Assembly (NCBI GenBank): GCA_965261975.1
Contig: CBDHEC010000033.1
Span: 1 to 40,211 of the forward strand
DNA from: Alphaproteobacteria bacterium
Lineage (GTDB): Bacteria > Pseudomonadota > Alphaproteobacteria > UBA6615
Reading direction: 5' to 3'
DNA length: 40,211 nt
Shown: piece by piece, positions 1-8,125 of the stretch
Layout of the letters: the number at the start of each line of letters is the position of its first letter
Position numbering within the stretch: position 1 is the stretch's first letter
Notes under the pieces: generated by a model
Database searches by the model: none
What the model was told of the DNA's origin: nothing
The model's input: the letters and a program-made list of their open reading frames with translations, nothing else
Position numbers and translations under genes: made by a program

Positions 1-143
1 CCTGGTTTTCGGGCACGTCGAGGGAGACGTCGAACAGCGCCTGTTTGTCGGCGTAGAAAGACGTCGACATTCCCGGCTTTCACTTTCGTGGGCAGGGACG
101 AGGCTTCGACGCCGGTCGTGCTTGCTTCGACTGATTCGCTCAT
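1..143 (-). CDS. pstB: Phosphate ABC transporter ATPase, 5' fragment (runs off window edge; contains an apparent +1 frameshift at 57-59)
   Basis: ATG at 143 reads MSESVEASTTGVEASSLPTKVKAGNVDVF. The shifted frame continues YADKQALFDVSLDVPENQ, which resembles the PstB N-terminus. Lies directly downstream of pstA. Not in the ORF track. Confidence 0.8.
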   Translation of the reverse strand, partial: MSESVEASTTGVEASSLPTKVKAGNVDVFLRRQTGAVRRLPRRARKP

Positions 144-204
144 AACAACTTCGCCTTCTTCGACGGGCTGTGCGGTGCCGTCAGCGTGGATTGCTTCTGT
201 CATT

Positions 205-1509
205 CTACCATCGCCTCTCGAACTTTCGCCGCAGGAGTACGGCGGCAAGGTTCATTAAAATCAGGAACGCTAGCAACACCATGATCGCGGCCGATGTCCG
301 TTCGACGAAGGCGCGCTCGGGCGCATCGGCCCACAGGAAAACCTGCACGGGGAGCACCGTCGCCGCGTCGGTGAAACTACGCGGGATATCGACGATGAAG
401 GCGACCATGCCGATCATCAGCAGGGGTGCGGTCTCGCCCAGCGCGCGGGCCATGCCGATGATCGTCCCGGTCAGGATGCCCGGCATCGCGAGCGGCAGCA
501 CGTGGTGGGAGACGGTCTGGAGCGGCGAGGCGCCGACCCCCAGGGCTGCCTCGCGAATGGAGGGCGGCACCGACTGCAACGCGGCCCGCCCGGCGATAAT
601 CACGGTGGGCAGGGTCATCAGGGCCAGCACGAGGCCGCCGACCAGAGGCGCGGAGCGTGGCAGCCCGAAGAAGTTCAGGAACACGGCCAGGCCAAGCAGG
701 CCGAAGACGATCGACGGCACGGCGGCGAGGTTGTTGATGTTCACTTCGATCAGGTCGGTCCAGCGGTTCTTCGGCGCGAACTCCTCGAGATAGACCGCCG
801 ACATCACCCCGATCGGGAAGGAGAGAATGAGGGTCACGAAGAGCGTCAGCATGGTGCCCACGACCGCGCCCCACACGCCGGCCTGTTCCGGCTCGCGACT
901 GTCGCCGGAGGTGAAGAAAGTGGTGTTGAATGTGCGGCGCGTGCGGTCATCCGCGCTGAGGGTGTCGAACCAGCCGATTTGCTTGTCGCTGACACGGCGG
1001 TCGCCCTCGGGCACGTCGCGGGGGATCGCCCCCTTGTTGAGCTGATCGATGTCCGCGGACGACTTGAACCAGATGGTTTGGGTCGTGCCGATCAGTCCCG
1101 GCTCCGCCTCGACCATCTGGCGCAGGGTGAAGTCGGCACCCGAGGACATGATCTTGTAGAGCTGTCGCAGGTCGCGCCGTCCCGAGACATCCGGGAACTG
1201 GCTGCGCACGGCGTCACGTACGATCTTGCGGTAGTTGCCCTTGGCGAGGATGGCGGGGTCGCGGCTTCCATCCGGGTCGATGAGAGATTGTTCGAGGGTG
1301 ACGTCGAGCGCGATCTCGGTTTGGGTGAAGGCGCTCGATCCGGTCGTGACGATCGAACCCAGCAGGAAGGCGAGCATCGCCAGCGCCACGAAGATGGCGG
1401 TGATGCCATAGAATTTGAACCGCGCCTCGGCCCGGTAGCGCTTGCGCAGATGGGCGTCGGAGAAGTCCGGTTTTCGGGTGATCGGCCGCGCGGCCGTGGA
1501 ATCAGTCAT
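205..1509 (-). CDS. pstA: Phosphate ABC transporter permease PstA with extended periplasmic N-terminal region
   Basis: NINNLAAVPSIVFGLLGL, EAA loop IREAALGVGAS, ARALGETAPL; overlaps the pstC stop. Confidence 0.96.
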   Translation of the reverse strand: MTDSTAARPITRKPDFSDAHLRKRYRAEARFKFYGITAIFVALAMLAFLLGSIVTTGSSAFTQTEIALDVTLEQSLIDPDGSRDPAILAKGNYRKIVRDAVRSQFPDVSGRRDLRQLYKIMSSGADFTLRQMVEAEPGLIGTTQTIWFKSSADIDQLNKGAIPRDVPEGDRRVSDKQIGWFDTLSADDRTRRTFNTTFFTSGDSREPEQAGVWGAVVGTMLTLFVTLILSFPIGVMSAVYLEEFAPKNRWTDLIEVNINNLAAVPSIVFGLLGLAVFLNFFGLPRSAPLVGGLVLALMTLPTVIIAGRAALQSVPPSIREAALGVGASPLQTVSHHVLPLAMPGILTGTIIGMARALGETAPLLMIGMVAFIVDIPRSFTDAATVLPVQVFLWADAPERAFVERTSAAIMVLLAFLILMNLAAVLLRRKFERRW

Positions 1510-2884
1510 ATTCTTCTCGATACTTGCGCACCACGCGAAGGGCGATGACGTTGAGTACCAGGGTGACCAGGAAGAGCATCAGGCCCAAGGCGAAGGCGGC
1601 GAGGGTCTTGGCGCTGTCGAACTCCTGGTCGCCCACGAGCAGGGTCACGATCTGCACCGTCACCGTGGTGACGGCCTCAAGCGGATTTGCGGTGAGGTTG
1701 GCCGACAGGCCGGCCGCCATGACCACGATCATCGTCTCCCCGATGGCGCGGCTTACCGCGAGCAGAACCGCGCCGACGATGCCGTGCAGCGATGCCGGCA
1801 GGACGACCTGGCGGATGGTTTCTGACTGGGTGGCCCCCAGGGCGTAGGAGCCGTCGCGCAGGGACTGGGGCACGGCGTTGATCACGTCGTCGGACAGGGA
1901 CGACACGAAGGGGATGATCATCACCCCCATCACCAGGCCCGCGGCGAGTGCACTCTCCGAGGCCACGGAAAGGCCGATCGATTCACCCGCGCCGCGAAAC
2001 AGCGGTCCGATTGTCAGGGCGGCGAAGAAGCCGTAGACCACGGTCGGGATGCCGGCAAGAATCTCCAGTGCCGGCTTGATCAGGGACCGGGTGGTGGGGC
2101 TCGCATACTCGGCCATGTAGATCGCGGCCATCAGCCCTATGGGCACGGCGACGATCATCGCGATCACGGTAATGAGCAGGGTGCCGGCGAAGACCGGCAC
2201 CGCGCCAAACGCGCCGGAGCCGCCGACCTGATCGGCACGCAACGCGGTCTGCGGGCTCCAGTTCAGGCCGAAGAGGAATTCCAGCGGATTGACCTGGCCG
2301 AAAAAGCGGATCGACTCGAACATCAGGGACAGGATGATCCCGATCGTCGTCAGGATAGCGATGACCGAGGCGATCAGCAGCAGTGCACGCACGATCTTCT
2401 CGACCTTCGGCCGCGCGCGCAGGCTGGGCTGGATGCGCTTCAGGCCGAAGAAGAAACCCCCGCAGGCGAGCACGACGGCGGCGCCGGTCATCAGCAGGGA
2501 GCCCATGCGCTGCAGGTCGGCATAGTGTTCCGCGGCGGCGAGCACGGTCGGGCTCGGGGTGCGGCTCGTGATATCGCCGGTGGCGAGGTTGCGGATGTCG
2601 CTGAGGAGCAGGCTGACCTGACCCTTGTTCAGATCCGCAATGCTGTCCGACAGGCCGGCCAGGACGATGCGTTCGACCAGGTCGGTCTGTCCCATCAACC
2701 AGACCGAGACGATGATCAGCGCCGGCAGGCCGCACCATAGCGCGACATAGGCGCCGTGATAGGACGGAAGCGAATGCAGGTCCCCGACGCTGCCGCGGGC
2801 GCTGGAGAGCGCCTTGCGTCGGCCATAGTGATAGGCGAAGGCACTCAGTCCTAGCAGCGCGGCAATGAGGATGAAGGCGTTCAT
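1502..2884 (-). CDS. pstC: Phosphate ABC transporter permease PstC
   Basis: LEILAGIPTVVYGFF, LRDGSYALGAT, SRAIGETMIV; N-terminal LHSLPSYHG extension typical of alphaproteobacterial PstC. Confidence 0.96.
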   Translation of the reverse strand: MNAFILIAALLGLSAFAYHYGRRKALSSARGSVGDLHSLPSYHGAYVALWCGLPALIIVSVWLMGQTDLVERIVLAGLSDSIADLNKGQVSLLLSDIRNLATGDITSRTPSPTVLAAAEHYADLQRMGSLLMTGAAVVLACGGFFFGLKRIQPSLRARPKVEKIVRALLLIASVIAILTTIGIILSLMFESIRFFGQVNPLEFLFGLNWSPQTALRADQVGGSGAFGAVPVFAGTLLITVIAMIVAVPIGLMAAIYMAEYASPTTRSLIKPALEILAGIPTVVYGFFAALTIGPLFRGAGESIGLSVASESALAAGLVMGVMIIPFVSSLSDDVINAVPQSLRDGSYALGATQSETIRQVVLPASLHGIVGAVLLAVSRAIGETMIVVMAAGLSANLTANPLEAVTTVTVQIVTLLVGDQEFDSAKTLAAFALGLMLFLVTLVLNVIALRVVRKYREEYD

Positions 2885-2921
2885 GAACTAGGGTGCTGCT
2901 TCGCAATGATCCTGTGACAAG

Positions 2922-2953
2922 AAAAAACCACCGGCACCCGAAGGTGCCGATGG
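2922..2953 (-). terminator. Intrinsic terminator / stabilising hairpin between pstS and pstC
   Basis: Minus strand reads CCATCGGCACC-TTCG-GGTGCCGGTGG-TTTTTT: 11-bp stem (one U-G pair), cUUCGg tetraloop and U6 tail, 15 nt after the pstS stop. Confidence 0.85.
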
Positions 2954-2968
2954 GTCGGAATGGGGCAC

Positions 2969-3979
2969 TTACATCGACAGGGGCTGGAGGCCCTGCGCCG
3001 ACTTCGCCATCGCGGCGCGATCGGCGTCGGGCAGCGGGATCAGGCCCTTGTCGATCAGGTAGCCGTCGGGGCCCCAGGCGTTTTCGTCGGTGAATTCGGT
3101 GACGAATTCCTTGATGCCCGGGATGACGCCCACATGCTGCTGCTTCACGTAGAAGAATAGCGAGCGCGAGACGGGGTAATTGCCGGCGGCGATTTCCTCG
3201 AACTCCGGCACTGTGCCGTCGACCTTGGCGCCCTTGAGCTTGTCGGCGTTCTGGTCGAGGAAGCTGAAGCCGAAAACACCGAAGGCATTCGGGTTCGCCT
3301 CGAGCTTCTGGACGATCAGGTTGTCGTTCTCGCCCGCCTCGATATAGACGCCGTCCTCGCGGACCGCGTGACAGGCCTTCTTCTTCAGGCCCAGCTCGGC
3401 GGCGCCGGCGAGCGTCTTGCAGCCGCCTTCCATGGCGATCTCGACGAAGGCATCGCGCGTGCCGCTGGTCGGCGGCGGGCCGAGAACTTCAATCTTGGTC
3501 TTCGGCAACGACGGGTCGATGTCCGACCACAGCTTGTTCGGGTTCGCGGCGAGCTCGCCGTCCTGGGGGATTTCCGCGGCGAGCGCCAGGAAGATCTGCT
3601 CGAGGCTGAGGCTCAAATCCGGGCCCGACTTGGCGTTGGCGATGACGATGCCATCGAAGCCGACCTTCACTTCCGTGATATCGATGCCGTTTTCGCTGCA
3701 GTTCGCGAACTCGGACTTCTTCATCCGGCGTGACGCATTGGTCATGTCGGGGTGATCTTCGCCGACACCGGAACAGAACAGCTTCATGCCGCCGCCCGTG
3801 CCCGTGCTTTCGACAACCGGGGTCTTGAAGCTGGTGGACTTGCCGAACTGTTCGGCCACGGCGGTGGAGAAGGGGAAGACGGTGGATGAGCCGACGATAC
3901 GGATCTGGTCGCGGGCTTCGGCGGCGCCGACCATGCCCACGGTAATCGCGGCTGCGAGGGTCAATGTTTTGATTTTCAC
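2969..3979 (-). CDS. pstS: Phosphate ABC transporter substrate-binding protein
   Basis: Signal peptide, IRIVGSSTVFPF, ESTGTGGG, GPPPTSGTRDAF, YPVSRSLFFYVK; GTG start with GGAGAGG RBS. Confidence 0.96.
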   Translation of the reverse strand: MKIKTLTLAAAITVGMVGAAEARDQIRIVGSSTVFPFSTAVAEQFGKSTSFKTPVVESTGTGGGMKLFCSGVGEDHPDMTNASRRMKKSEFANCSENGIDITEVKVGFDGIVIANAKSGPDLSLSLEQIFLALAAEIPQDGELAANPNKLWSDIDPSLPKTKIEVLGPPPTSGTRDAFVEIAMEGGCKTLAGAAELGLKKKACHAVREDGVYIEAGENDNLIVQKLEANPNAFGVFGFSFLDQNADKLKGAKVDGTVPEFEEIAAGNYPVSRSLFFYVKQQHVGVIPGIKEFVTEFTDENAWGPDGYLIDKGLIPLPDADRAAMAKSAQGLQPLSM

Positions 3980-4062
3980 GGTTGCCTCTCCTGAGGGTGA
4001 AATCGTGGTTGGGTTACATCCTGCGCCCGGCGGGAGGATTCCTTTTGCCGTTCGCAGGCGCG

Positions 4063-4118
4063 ACCCTAGGCCCGCTCGAAGATGGGTGTATGACAGTTAT
4101 GTTTCAGTTTGATGACAC
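4063..4118 (-). promoter_or_regulatory. Pho box array (PhoB sites) and candidate -10 for pstS
   Basis: Minus strand GTGTCAT-caaa-CTGAAAC-ataa-CTGTCAT (4118-4090): three half-sites at 11-bp period matching the CTGTCAT consensus. Candidate -10 TAGGGT at 4068-4063. Confidence 0.85.
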
Positions 4119-4164
4119 GCGCGGCCGCCGACGTTGATGAGCGCGGCGTGCAACCGGGGCCGGC

Positions 4165-5544
4165 CTATTGTGAAAGGCGCAAGGTCACGGTGAAGGTGCT
4201 GCCTTCGCCCGGCTCACTTCGAATTGTCAGTTCACCGCGGTGGCGGTTCGCGATGTGCTTGACGATGGCAAGCCCGAGCCCGGTACCGCCGAGCTCGCGC
4301 GAGCGCGCCGTGTCGACCCGGTAGAAACGCTCGGTCAGTCGCGCGATATGTTCGCGCGGAATGCCCTCGCCTTGGTCGATGACCGAAATGCCCACGCGAT
4401 CGCCCTGGCGTTGCGCCTCGACCCGCACCGCGCTGCCGGTGCGGCCGTACTTGATGGCGTTCTCGATCAGGTTCTGGAACAGCTGGGCGAGCTCATCGGC
4501 CTGGCCGATCACCGGCATGTCCAGTGTGTTGAGGTCGAGTTCGATCGTGACGTCGCGTGCGCGCGATTGCGGGCCAAGTAGGTCGGCGACCGTCGCGATT
4601 GTCTGCCGGAGGTCCACGGCGTCGTCGGGCGGCGTGTGTTCGTTCATCTCGATCCGCGACAAAGACAGCAGGTCGTTGACGATCCGGGTCATCCGGGTGG
4701 ACTGGGTTTCCATCAGGTCGAGGAATCGCGCCTGGGCCTCGGGGTCGTCCTTCGCGGGCCCGCGAAGGGTTTCGATGAAGCCGACCACCGACGTGAGCGG
4801 CGTGCGCAGCTCGTGGCTGACATTGGCGACGAAGTCCGCCCGCATCTGTTCGCCGCGCCGCACTGCCGTGACGTCGCGCATCAGGATCAGCGCACGCGTG
4901 TCGTCCTCGCCTGCCACGTCGGGCCGCATCGGTTCGACCCGCGCCTCGAAGGACTGGTCGACCCGTTCGGTGAAGGTGAACTCGACCGTGCGGGCGGGCA
5001 TGCCGTCGAGAACTTCGGTGACGGCCTGGAGAATGCCCGGCTGTCGCAGAATGGCGGACAGGTCCCGACCGACGAGGGTGCCCTCGCCGTATCGGCCCTC
5101 GAGCAGGTCGCGTGCGGCGGTATTGGCATGGACCAGCCGCGATTGGGCATCGAGGGTGATCAACGGGTCGGGCAGCGCATCGAAGAGGGTATGTGCTGCC
5201 TGCAGGTTGTCGCGCAGCTGCTTTCGGTCCCGCCACCAGCTGCGCTCGAGACGGAACAGGGTGGCCGCCAGATCGCCGACGGGGCCCGACTCGTTCGGTG
5301 TGTCGGCTTCGTCGGGGCGTTCGGGCGGGGTGTCGATCAGCCCTTCCAGGCGCCCGGCGAGCCGGCGCAGCTGCGTGAGCGGCCGAAACAGGAGCGCGGC
5401 ACTGCCGGCCACGACGGCGGCGATGCCGACGACACCGACACCCGGTGCGAGGTGCCCGGTGGCCACCAGCACGACCAGCACAATGGTGCCAGGCACCGCG
5501 AGTGCCAGGGCCGCGAGGAACAGGTGATTCGGCTTCGGCGTCAT
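4165..5544 (-). CDS. phoR: Phosphate regulon sensor histidine kinase
   Basis: Two N-terminal TM helices, PAS-like region (DALPDPLITLD), H-box FVANVSHELRTPLT, NLIENAIKY, DQGEGI, RFYRVD..SRELGGTGLGLAIVKH; directly upstream of pstS. Confidence 0.93.
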   Translation of the reverse strand: MTPKPNHLFLAALALAVPGTIVLVVLVATGHLAPGVGVVGIAAVVAGSAALLFRPLTQLRRLAGRLEGLIDTPPERPDEADTPNESGPVGDLAATLFRLERSWWRDRKQLRDNLQAAHTLFDALPDPLITLDAQSRLVHANTAARDLLEGRYGEGTLVGRDLSAILRQPGILQAVTEVLDGMPARTVEFTFTERVDQSFEARVEPMRPDVAGEDDTRALILMRDVTAVRRGEQMRADFVANVSHELRTPLTSVVGFIETLRGPAKDDPEAQARFLDLMETQSTRMTRIVNDLLSLSRIEMNEHTPPDDAVDLRQTIATVADLLGPQSRARDVTIELDLNTLDMPVIGQADELAQLFQNLIENAIKYGRTGSAVRVEAQRQGDRVGISVIDQGEGIPREHIARLTERFYRVDTARSRELGGTGLGLAIVKHIANRHRGELTIRSEPGEGSTFTVTLRLSQ

Positions 5545-5606
5545 GCCCGGGAACCTAACACGCCGCGCGCATGTTGGGAGGGTTGGGCGCGCAACGCCGT
5601 GTGGGG

Positions 5607-7967
5607 TCAGGCCTTGGGCTTGCCGGATTTAGCCTTGCGCGTGCGCCTGGGCTTCGCGTCGGCCTCGCGGCGGATCGACTCATAGGCGCCGAACGCCGAC
5701 GCGCTGACCAGTTCGTTCACGGTCGCGTTCATGTGCACGATCTCGACGGGCTGCTCGAGCCCCATGAGCATCGGTCCCATGACGGTTCCGGTGTCCAGTG
5801 ACTGCATCAGGCGCGATGCGATATGGGCGGTGTGCAGGCCGGGCATGATCAGCACATTGGCCGGCCCCGTGAGCCGGCTGAACGGGTAGAAGCGTTCGCG
5901 GAGATCGGAATCCAGCGCGATGTCCGGTGTCATTTCGCCTTCATACTCAAAGTCCGCGTTACCACGCTCGTCAAGCACCCGGACCGCCTCGCGCGAACGC
6001 TCGGTCAGGTCAACCGGAGGGTTGCCGAAGTTCGAGTAGCTCAGGAAGGCGACCCGCGGCTCGGTGCCCATCTGCCGGGCCTTGGCCGCGGCCTGGGTGG
6101 CGATGTCCGCCATCACTTCCGGGTCGGGCCGTTCGTGGACCGAGGTGTCGGCGATGAACAGCGTGCGGTTGCGCAAGACATGCATCGACAGGCCGAAGAT
6201 CTGTTCGCCCGGCACCTCGTCGAAGACCCGGCGCACATCGTTGAAGCAGGTATAGAAACGTCGGGACAGGCCCGTGACCATGACGTCGGCCGCACCCAGT
6301 GCGACCATGCAGGAGGCGAAGACGTTGCGGTTCTGGTTCACGATCCGCCGGCAGTCGCGCAACATCAGCCCCTTGCGCTGCAGGCGGTTGTAGAGGAACT
6401 CGATATAGTCCTCGCGGTCTTCGGCCAGCGCGGCGTTGTGCACACGCAGCTCGTCGACGCCGCTGAGGCCGAGCTCCTCGATGCGCTGGCGCACGACGTC
6501 CTCGCGACCGATCAGGATGGGCTCACCCAGCCCGGCATTGCGATAGGCGATGGCGGCGCGGATGACCCGTTCGGACTCGCCCTCGGCATAGACGATGCGA
6601 CGCGGGTTCGAGCGGACCGCCTCGAACGTTGCCTGCACAACCGACGCGGTCGGGTCGAGGCGCCCGGCAAGTTCGCGGCGGTAGCGGTCCATGTCCTCGA
6701 TGGGTTTGCGCGCGACGCCGGTGTCCATTGCGGCCTGGGCGATGCGCGGCGGGATATACTCGATCAGCCGCGGGTCGAAGGGGACGGGGATGATGTAATC
6801 CGGCCCGTAGACCAGATGTTCGCCGGGATAGGCGGCGTCCACCTCGTCGGGCACGTCCTCGCGCGCGAGTTCTGCCAACGCCTCGGCGCAGGCGATCTTC
6901 ATCTCGTCGTTGATCGTGCGGGCGCGCACATCCAGTGCCCCGCGGAACACGTAGGGGAAGCCGAGGACATTGTTGACCTGGTTGGCATAGTCCGACCGTC
7001 CGGTCGCGACGATGGCGTCGTCGCGCACGGCTTTGACGTCCTCCGGCGTGATCTCCGGATCCGGATTGGCCATCGCGAAGATGATCGGTTTGTCGGCCAT
7101 CGACTTGACCATCTTCTTGGTGACCGACCCGGCGACCGACACGCCGAAGAACACGTCGGCGTCGACCATGGCTTCTTCCAGGGTGCGGGCGTCGGTGTTC
7201 ACGGCATGGGCCGATTTCCACTGGTTCATGCCGTCGGTGCGTCCCTGGTAGATGACGCCGCGGCTGTCACACAGGATGGCCTGGTCATGGGGCAGGCCCA
7301 TGGCCTTGATCAGTTCGATGCAGGCGATGGCGGCGGCCCCCGCGCCGTTGACCACCAGCTTGATGTCCTTGATGTCGCGCCCGGTCAGGTCCAGCGCATT
7401 GATCAGCCCGGCCAGTGAGACGATGGCGGTGCCATGCTGGTCGTCATGGAAGATCGGGATGTCCATGATCTCGCGCAGGCGCTGCTCGATGATGAAGCAT
7501 TCGGGCGCCTTGATATCCTCGAGATTGATGCCGCCGAAGGTCGGCCGCAGGAGGCGGACGCAGTTGATGAACTCGTCGACATCCTCGCTCTCGACCTCAA
7601 GATCCATGGCGTCGATATCCGCGAAGCGCTTGAACAGGACCGACTTGCCTTCCATCACCGGCTTCGAGGCGAGCGCACCGATGTTGCCGAGGCCGAGCAC
7701 GGCGGTGCCGTTGGAGATCACGGCGACCAGGTTTCCGCGAGAGGTATAGTCGTAGGCGTCGTCCGGGTTGGCATGGATTTCCACGCAGGGAGCCGCAACA
7801 CCGGGTGAATAGGCGAGGGACAGATCGCGCTGGGTGGTCAGCGGTTTCGTGGCGTTGATCTCGATCTTTCCCGGTTTCCCGGTCCGGTGCATGTGCAGGG
7901 AATCGAGATCGAGCTGGGACAGCTTTTTCTGATCGCCCTTTGATTTCTCGGAGGATTTCTCAGCCAT
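5607..7967 (-). CDS. maeB: NADP-dependent malic enzyme fused to a phosphotransacetylase-like domain
   Basis: LSLAYSPGVA, ISNGTAVLGLG, KPVMEGK, INLEDI, FHDDQHGTA, GAGAAA, TGRSDYANQVNNVLGFP; C-terminal PTA-like domain (YAEGE, FLSYSNFG, YEGEM). Confidence 0.95.
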   Translation of the reverse strand: MAEKSSEKSKGDQKKLSQLDLDSLHMHRTGKPGKIEINATKPLTTQRDLSLAYSPGVAAPCVEIHANPDDAYDYTSRGNLVAVISNGTAVLGLGNIGALASKPVMEGKSVLFKRFADIDAMDLEVESEDVDEFINCVRLLRPTFGGINLEDIKAPECFIIEQRLREIMDIPIFHDDQHGTAIVSLAGLINALDLTGRDIKDIKLVVNGAGAAAIACIELIKAMGLPHDQAILCDSRGVIYQGRTDGMNQWKSAHAVNTDARTLEEAMVDADVFFGVSVAGSVTKKMVKSMADKPIIFAMANPDPEITPEDVKAVRDDAIVATGRSDYANQVNNVLGFPYVFRGALDVRARTINDEMKIACAEALAELAREDVPDEVDAAYPGEHLVYGPDYIIPVPFDPRLIEYIPPRIAQAAMDTGVARKPIEDMDRYRRELAGRLDPTASVVQATFEAVRSNPRRIVYAEGESERVIRAAIAYRNAGLGEPILIGREDVVRQRIEELGLSGVDELRVHNAALAEDREDYIEFLYNRLQRKGLMLRDCRRIVNQNRNVFASCMVALGAADVMVTGLSRRFYTCFNDVRRVFDEVPGEQIFGLSMHVLRNRTLFIADTSVHERPDPEVMADIATQAAAKARQMGTEPRVAFLSYSNFGNPPVDLTERSREAVRVLDERGNADFEYEGEMTPDIALDSDLRERFYPFSRLTGPANVLIMPGLHTAHIASRLMQSLDTGTVMGPMLMGLEQPVEIVHMNATVNELVSASAFGAYESIRREADAKPRRTRKAKSGKPKA

Positions 7968-8125
7968 GTATCTCGCCTTTGGTGATGTGCGAACCTATTC
8001 CACAATCAGGAGCGTGAACCCTGTTCGCGCGGCGCGTCAAGCAACGCTGGTTCGAATACCGATCTTCTGCACAGGCCCGGGGGTTTTGGCCGGGCCCCGC
8101 GCGGCGTATATGATGATCCATCGTC

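Noticed and set aside
8073-8096. GGCCCGG...CCGGGCC inverted repeat between divergent maeB and mutS
   Set aside because: Short GC-only stem likely by chance at this GC content; no U-tract and not downstream of a gene.
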